64,000 bases of DNA from Candidatus Krumholzibacteriia bacterium (GTDB taxonomy: Bacteria > Krumholzibacteriota > Krumholzibacteriia > JAJRXK01): contig JBGPIA010000001.1 of assembly GCA_041484665.1 (NCBI GenBank), positions 352,001 through 416,000 on the forward strand, written 5' to 3'. A program made the position numbers and the translations under genes. Position 1 is the first letter of the stretch. Every line of letters starts with the position of its first letter. Below are positions 37,694-45,700 of this stretch, one piece after another. The notes below the pieces were generated by a model, which ran no database searches, was not told the DNA's origin, and saw nothing but the letters and a program-made list of their open reading frames with translations.

Positions 37694-39738
37694 CTGCCTC
37701 CGATGTGCTCCAGCTCCACCTTCTCCTCCTGGATGCGGTCGAGGTAGCGGCGGGCCTTCTCATTGCCCGGGTCGATCTCCAGGACGTGACGGCAGCGCTC
37801 GATGGCGCGCTCGTAGTCGCCCTGGCTGTAGAGGGTGATGCCCTGGAGCAGGTAGGCCTTCACCAAGTGTTCGCCCACCGACTCGAATTCCGGCGCCTCG
37901 GCCCAGACCTCGCGCCACAGCCGGATCGCTCGGTCGAAGTCCTCGGCGCTGAACGCCGTCATGCCGTCCTGGTACAGCCGCTCAAGCCGCCGGCGGCTCT
38001 CCGGCGAGAGGTTCGCCACGCGCGGCCGCGCCTGGGGGCCTGGCTGCTGCGCCAGTTGGCGTGCGCGCTCCTGTTGCTCGCGCTGGCGGGCGGCGGCCTC
38101 CGCCTTGGCCCGCTCCAACTCCTTCTGGCCGGCCGCCGCGCGCGCCGCCCGCACTCGCTCGAGCAGAGACCGCGCCAACTCGTGGCCGGGATCGGCTCGC
38201 AGCAGCTCCTCCAGGAGCGATTGCGCGGTACTGGGGTCGCCGTCCGCGAAGCGGACCATCGCCTCCTGCAACAGCGTGGCGAGCTGCGCTTGCTGATCGG
38301 CGGAGGCCTGCAGCAGTGCGTGCGCCCGGGTGAGCCCGCTGCGCGCAGGGCCCCCGTCGGGCCAGCGGTCGAGGATGGCCTGAAAGGCGGCCGCGGCCTG
38401 CGCCGCCTCGCCCATGGCAAGCTGTGCCGCGGCGGCGGCCAGGGCCGATTGCAGCTGCGCCTGGTCGATGCGCTCGCGGGCGTGGGCGCTCTCGGGATCC
38501 AGCGCGAGCAGCCTACGGTAGAGGCGCTGCGCCTCGTCGAAGCGCCCGTCGTCGAACGCGGCGTCGGCGTCGGCCTGGGTGCGCTCGCGCTCCTGCCGCT
38601 CGCGCTCGCCCAGCAGCTGCGCCAGGCGGTCGGAGACCTCCCGCTCCCGCTGCTGCTGGCGCAGCGCGCGGCGCTGCGACACCGGCGCGCCGAAGCGCGC
38701 GGCCAGCGTGAAACGATCGTTGCGCGGCAGCTCGGAATCGCTGCGCATGGCGTAGTCCAGGCGGATGCCCGAGTACTCCAGGCCGAAGCCCAGCGTCAGG
38801 CGCCCGCCGTCGGAGCCAGCGCGCAGGGCCAGCATGCGGTAGAGCGTGCACTCGGCGCCCAGCCCCAGCCGCGGGTCCGCCGTGGAGGGAAGATCGAGGT
38901 CCACGGCGGCGGCCACCGCCAGCGCACCGTGGGAGGCCTGCGCCTTGTACCCCAGTCCCAGCTTGAAGCTGCGGGGCTCCTGGACGTCCTCCTGGTCCAG
39001 GCGTAGTGACGGCTCCACGAGGTTCTGTACGTTTGCCCCCGCGAATACGCGGTGCAGTCCGTCACGGCCCAGCGCGCGTTCTGCGGACACCCCCGCGTCC
39101 ACGCCGACGCCCAGGTCGCTGCGTCCGTCGAGGGACTGCTGCGCCAGCTTGAGCACCAGCCCCAGCGCCGCGTCATGGCCCACACCGCGCCCGTACCCCA
39201 CCAACAGGTTCGATTCGGCGTCGTTGAAGCTGCCCAGCAACTCGTTGCGATCGCTGCGGCGCTCGATGTCGCTGGCGTCGAGGCGCTGGTAACCCACGCC
39301 GAAGGTCCCCAGATCGAGCGTGGGATAGGTCAGGAACCCGGCATGGTAGTAGAGCCCGTCGGTGAAGAGCTTCGTACGGAAGAGCGCCAGCTCGCAGGAC
39401 TCCACGGTCGCCAGGCGCGCCGGGTTCCAGAAGACGGTGGTCGCGTCGTCGGACAACGCGACGCCCGTCCGCCCCATGCCCAGTCCGCGTGCCCCGGCGC
39501 CCAGGGTGAACGGCCCCTGCGTGCCCGCGTCGTCGGCCGCGCGCGCGCGGCCGGCCGCCAACGCCTGCGCCAGCAGCACCGCCAGCGCCAGCAGCGCCCC
39601 CGGCCCGCCCAGCGCCCCCAGCACGCCAGCGTTCGCCCGCACGGATGGCTTCGCCGGCCAGGATCTGGCACAGCGCATGGATCCACCGGAGTGCGTCGAG
39701 CCGTCTACGCGCGCGGATCGCGTCCCGCGCGCGCTCAT
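37690..39738 (-). CDS. PorV/PorQ-family outer-membrane barrel fused to coiled coil and TPRs
   Basis: Signal peptide; GAGARGLGMG..A..DDA...FWNPA; beta-strand region ending LDYA...DRFTL..RFG; then TPR motifs. Confidence 0.82.
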   Translation of the reverse strand: MSARGTRSARVDGSTHSGGSMRCARSWPAKPSVRANAGVLGALGGPGALLALAVLLAQALAAGRARAADDAGTQGPFTLGAGARGLGMGRTGVALSDDATTVFWNPARLATVESCELALFRTKLFTDGLYYHAGFLTYPTLDLGTFGVGYQRLDASDIERRSDRNELLGSFNDAESNLLVGYGRGVGHDAALGLVLKLAQQSLDGRSDLGVGVDAGVSAERALGRDGLHRVFAGANVQNLVEPSLRLDQEDVQEPRSFKLGLGYKAQASHGALAVAAAVDLDLPSTADPRLGLGAECTLYRMLALRAGSDGGRLTLGFGLEYSGIRLDYAMRSDSELPRNDRFTLAARFGAPVSQRRALRQQQREREVSDRLAQLLGERERQERERTQADADAAFDDGRFDEAQRLYRRLLALDPESAHARERIDQAQLQSALAAAAAQLAMGEAAQAAAAFQAILDRWPDGGPARSGLTRAHALLQASADQQAQLATLLQEAMVRFADGDPSTAQSLLEELLRADPGHELARSLLERVRAARAAAGQKELERAKAEAAARQREQQERARQLAQQPGPQARPRVANLSPESRRRLERLYQDGMTAFSAEDFDRAIRLWREVWAEAPEFESVGEHLVKAYLLQGITLYSQGDYERAIERCRHVLEIDPGNEKARRYLDRIQEEKVELEHIGGR

Positions 39739-42700
39739 CGCACCACCGCCAGCTTGCGCAGGCACTCGCCCCCGCCGGCGCCGTCGACCTTCAAGCGCAG
39801 CAGGTAGACGCCGTTGCGCACTGGACGGCCCGCCTCATTGCGCCCATCCCAGGCCCAACGCGGATCGTCCTGCAGCCCCGCCGGCAGCGGCGCGCCCTCC
39901 AACAGCCGCACGACGCGGTCGCCGGAGGCGGTGAAGACCTCCAGCGTGACGCGTGCATCGCTCTGCAGGTAGAACGCGACGTGCGCCCGCTCGCGGCCGG
40001 CGGCGAAGGGGTTGGGATAGCTGCTGAAGCTCTGCTCCAGGTCTAGCGCCGTGACGTGGATGGTGGGCGAGATCCACGGCAGCGCCGCGCCCGAGAGCGG
40101 CGTGACCGCCAGTGTGTCGGCAGCCGAGGTCGCCACCAGACCGCGTGCCTGCAGCGCGACGCGGAAGTCCTCCACCGCGGGCGCGGCCAGCAGATCGATG
40201 GCGAGCATCACGTCGTGCGACTGTCCCGGATCCAGGTTGCCGAGCCCGGCGAGGGCGAAGCGCAGGCTGTCGCCTTCGATCTGGCCTTGGATCACCGTCG
40301 TCCCGCGCAGCAGGCGCGCGGCGCCCAGCAGCCGGCTCGCGGGCAGCGCCGCCGCGCGCGCATCGCGCAGCAGCACGGTGAGAGCGGCGGGCGAGAGAGG
40401 GGCCTGCGCCGCCCCGCCTGGGTGCAGGATGCGCAGCGGCAGCAACTGCACGGCGGACGCGCCGCGCGACACGTTGGCCGGCGGATCGTCCGTGACGCCC
40501 AGGGACACGGCCGTGGCTGGCGCCACCACGCGCAGCACGCCGGTGGCAAAGGGCAGCCCGGTCAAAGCGATGGCGCGCGCGGGCTGATTCGCGTCGCGCA
40601 GGTCGAGTGCGCCGGGATCCAGGGCGAACCGCAGTCGCGCTACTGTCGCCGGCGCTTTGAGGTCGACCGACAGCTGCAGACGCAGCGAGTCCCCTGGCAG
40701 AAGCCGCAGCGGAGCCGCGAGCGCGAGCCCCACGGACGAGCCCGACGGGGGCGGGGTCAGGCTCGCGGCGATCACGCTGTCGCCCAGCGCCAGGCGCACG
40801 GCGCTCAGCGCCTGCGCAGGCACCACGCCCGCGCCCGCGTCGTCGAGCACCCGCACGCTCGCGGCCAACAGCAGCATCGCGCCGCTGCCCGGCGGATCGT
40901 CATCGTGCAGGTCGAGGGTCGCGCACCCGACCCCCACCGCACCGGCCGCGGCCGAAGGCGGAGCGATCGAGGCGCAGGTCACCCGGGAGGCCGCCGCGGG
41001 CCGCTGCAGGAGCAGCGGACCCTGCACCAGCGGCCAGTGCTCTCCGCCGCCGAGCCGCACCGCCACGTCGAGGCCGGTGTTCGCGTCGCGCACCACGCAG
41101 CGCGCGGAGTCGGGCAGCACCAAGCTGAACCGATCGGGCGCGGCGTCGCTGCGCAGATCCAACTCGAGGTCGATGGGCTCGGGCGCGCCCGAGGTGACCA
41201 GCTTGGGGATGGCTAGCGACAGCCGGACCGCTCCGCCGGCGGTGTCGAACGCCGACGTGGTGAGCAACACCGTGGCGCCACTGCGCACGGTGATGGCGCC
41301 CAGGACGGCGTCCGGGGCAAGCGCGGCGCCGGCCGAATCGCGCAGGGCGAAGCCCAGCTCCACGACGCGAGCCTCGCTCTCGCCCGCCGCGCCGGGCAGG
41401 TCAAAGGTGAGCCGGCCAGCGGGGACGCCGAGCTGCCCCAGGTTGGCCGATCCTGGCAGCGTCCGCGCCACCGCCAGGTCGGCGTGGGTGGCGAGGGTGT
41501 GGATGTAGGCGGTCGAGGTCTGCCATGGCAGGGTGGCCTGCAGCGGCACCGGCTGCCCGCTGTTGACATCGATGGCGGACGCGGCGCCGGCGTCGAGCAG
41601 ACGGACGCGGAATCGCGCGGCCGTCGCGCCGGGCGCAATCGAGATGGACAACGGCAGGCTGCGCAGCTGGCCGGGCTGCAGCTCCACCGGCGGATCGAGG
41701 GCGATGGCGAGCACGCTGGTGCTGGGGATCGAGTCCCAGTAGGCGTGGACCAGTCCACCGGTGCGAATCTCCAGGCGGTCGAGCACCGACGACGCCGGCA
41801 CCGGCGTGCCGCCACCGTCGTCGAAGGCGATGCTGAACGCGTGCACGGCGATCGGCGCCGCGCCGGCGGTGTCCGGATCCGCGTGGCGCAGCTGCCAGGC
41901 CAAAGGCGTCACACCGCTCTGCCCGCGATCGACCGAGACGGGCAAGGTCGAGAGCGGATCCAACGCGAGCGCCGTGGGGGGCAGCTGCACGCTCACCGGC
42001 GAGCTGGTGGCCAGTGGGCTGATGACGGAGCTGTCGGGCAGGCCGACGCGCGCGCTGAAGCCGACCTTGCCTGCCGCGCCCAGCGCAAAGCGATAGCGGA
42101 TCGTGTCGGACGCGCCCGGCGCGAGCGTCAGTGCGGCGGGCAGCGGCCCCTGCTGCAACGAGACCCCCTGCCCGGGCGCTGCGCCCACCTGCAGCGGCAC
42201 GATGCCGGCGAGCTGCTGGCTACCGCGGTTGCGCACGGCCACGCGCACCTGGACTGACTGCCCAGCGCTCACCACCGACGGAGTCGCCTCCGCGGCGGCG
42301 AGCAGGGCGCTGGAGGAGATCCGGTGCACCGCCGAGCCATCGAGCGCACCGTCCAGCGGCCCGTCGTTGCCGGATTCCATCTCGATCCCGAGCTTCGGGA
42401 CGCGCAGCTGGATCACGCGGCCATCGGTGGGGTTGGGGGCCAGATCAGCCGTGACGTAGAAGCGGCGGCCGCCGGGCGGGATGGCCGCCGAGAGGCCCGT
42501 AAAGCGCAGCGGGCTTGTGGCGCCCAGCAGCGACCCCAGCAACACGTCGGCGTCAGGATCGAAGGTTGCCCCCTTGGGCTCCGCGTCCAGCTCGGCCCAC
42601 AGACGCAGCGCCTCGACGTCCTGGCCCATGGCCGCCGCGACGTCTTGAGCGCCGGCCGCCACCTGCAACTCCAACTCGCGCAGCGTGTCGGCGGAGAGCC

Positions 42701-45700
42701 CGTTGGACGGCAGCGCCGCGTCGAGCGTGAGGACATTGACCTCGCCCCCGCCCAGGGTGCGCGAGGGCACGATGCCGCGGCCGATTTGCGCCAGCACGTG
42801 ACCATCGACCGCGTCCACGCCGGGGGAATTCAGCGGGAACGCGCCGGAGGAGACGGTCGACTGGCTGCCGGTGACCGAGTAGCCGAAGTCGGACGCCTGC
42901 GTGATCTCGGCGTCGACTTGCGAGGCGTCGCGCGCCCGGCCGAGGGCCAGCGTGTACGCCACGAACAGGCGGTCCTGCTGGAGCGGGCCGAGCGCGTGGC
43001 TGAAGCCCCCGAAGCGCACCTCGCCGCCGCTGGGAGCGGCGATGGCCAGCGGTGCGGCGGCCTCCTGCGGGTCGAGGACGCCGTTGCGGTTCGCGTCGCC
43101 GTGCAGCGACCAGATCTCGTACTCGGCCTCCGCGGCCGTGCCCAGGACGCCGACACGCAGCGCGGTCAACGTCTGCGGCTGCAGGTAGGCGTTGAAGCCC
43201 TCCAGCACCAGGACGGTCTGGTTCTGCGCCCCCGGGGGCACGGTGTGGGACCCAGCCGCGCCCGCCACCCAGGTCACACGGTCAGCGACCGCGACCACGA
43301 CCGGGCCCCCTCCATCGAGCGCGTGGTCATTGGGCCCGTCGTTGGCGCTGGACATCGTGACAGCGTTGAGCGGCAAGCGCGCTGCAAACGTCACTCCGGC
43401 CTGCGGCTGCTGGGCGAAGTCCACGTCCAGCCAGTAGCGCGTCGGCGGAGCGGCCGGCACGGGGATCGCGAGATTGGTGGCGCTCCACGACCGCGCGCCG
43501 ACCGGCTGGAGGACCGCGATCTGCGGGTCCGCGGTCTCCGGCACGCCGTCTCCGTCGTCGCTGCGCAGCCGGACTGTCAGGACGTCGGAGCTGGTGGCGC
43601 TTCCGGCGTTCTCAAGCAGCAGGCCCGTCAGCACGTCGGGCTCCACGCCGTTGGGCGGCAGCGCAAGGCCCATCACCAGCGCGTCGTGCGTTCCGGCGTA
43701 GACCAGCTGGGTGGGCAGTGGGGCGACGTTGTATCCTGACGCGCTCTGGCCGTCGATCGAGGGCGGCGACGCCGTGCGCAGCAGACCCGGCAGATCGATC
43801 GCCAGCGCGCCACCCGCCACCACGTCAGCGGCAGTGCGCAGCTCGACCGACAGCTGCTCCGCATCCCGGACGCGCGTCGAGTCGGGCGTCAGCGCCACCA
43901 GCAGGCGCACGGGCGACGAGACGGGCAGCCTCAGCGCCAGCGACGCGCCGGCGCCGAAGCCGATCGTGCCCCCGCTGATCGGGCGCACGGTGGCCAGCAG
44001 GCTGTCGCCCCCGCTGGCGCCGACCGATCGCAGCGCGCCGTCGCCGTCGCCGTCGCGCCAGAGCTCGGCAGCCTCGATCTCGGCATCGGGATCCGCGGCG
44101 GGACCCGACGGTCCGGTCGAACTGTGGTGCAGCAGGAGCGCCTTGAGCGTATCGGGGAATGCGCCCCGCGCCGTCAGCTCCGCGCCCAGCACCGCAAGCC
44201 GGCGCGCCGTGCGCGCCACGGGCAGAGCGGGCGCCGCAATCGCGTACGAGCGCACTTGCAGCGTGGGAGCGATATCGACGAGCAGCGATCCGGGGTTGGC
44301 CCAACTTCCGTCCACGGGGCCGGTGCGCCCCGAGGCGAACTCGAGGGCGCGCGCCGGCAGCTCGGCTCGCACAGTGCGCCCGGACTCCGCCGTCAGCGCG
44401 ATGTCGGCAACCACGCGCAGCGTCAGGCCCACGACAGGCACGGGGAGGTCCAGCCCGCTGGCCGCCCAGGTCGCCCCCCCGATGGAGACCAGCTGCACCG
44501 GCTGCCCGATCCCCGAGACGACATCCTGCCACGCGCTCGCGACCAGCTGCTGCACCCGCAGCGCGGACAGTTCCACCCCGGCGCGCGCGGTGCCCGGCTG
44601 GCGGATGCGCAGCTCCCGCAGCACGTCGGCCCGCGTGCCATCCGGCGGTGCCGTCAGCACCAGGAGCGGGAGTCCCCCCTCACCGGGCGCGACGGTGTCC
44701 GCCGACGCGGGCGTGAACGCCATCTGGCCCAGCACCAGGTCGCGCACCAGGACGATTCCATCGCTGTCCAGCGGGAAGCCCGAGCCCGCGACCACTGCGG
44801 TCGGCGTCGACCAGAACAGGCTGCCGGAGCTGTCCAAGTGGACGTTCAGGCTGTCGCCGTGGCTGACGCCTTGCAGCGCGATGTCGCCGCTGACGAACAG
44901 GCGACGCGACGCTCCCACGGGCAGGTCCACGGTGAGCACGGACGCGGTCCAGCTCCCGGCAACCGTCTGCCCCGCGCTCAGCACGAGATCCTGCTGGGGC
45001 TCGAACACGCCGTCGCCATCGTCCAGGCGCAGACGCAGCGCGGTGAACACCTGGTCCAGCGCCGGCCCCCCCGGCTGGCCCGTGGCGGCCGCCTGCTTGC
45101 CCGGGAGCACCGCCGCGAGCCTGCCCCCCACGCTCACGCGCAGCGCACTCAGGGTGCGCGGCTGCAGGTACGAGTTCGTCAGGCGCAGCGAGAGCAGCAG
45201 CCGGTCCGGGGAGCCCGGATTGGCGAAGACGTCGCCCACCGGCAGCGCCTCTGCCTGCACCGACGGCAGCACGGTGAGGGCTGACGCCCCCGAGGAGACC
45301 CCCGCGTAGGTCGCCGTGACCGACGCGGTCCCCAAGCTCAGCGCCAGCGCCTCCCCACCGGGCTGCAGGTAGACCACCGTTGGCGCCCCCGACTGCCAGG
45401 TTGCCTGTACCGTGACGTCGAGCTGTTGCCCGTTGCTGAGTTTCGCCGAAGCCTGCATGGCCTTCGTACGGCCCAGCAATACGGTCGCCGACGCCGGAGA
45501 GACATCGACGCCCACGACCATGGGCGGGCCGACCGTGAGCGACGCGGGACTCGCGGCGGTCGCAGCCAGGCTGGCCCCGACGGTGGTCGCCCCCTGGGAG
45601 CGCGTGGCGAGCAGCCCCGCCGGCCCGACCGTGGCGATCGCGGAGTCGGTCACTGCCCAGCTCACGCTGTGGCTCAGGTCGTACACGCTCCCCGACACGC

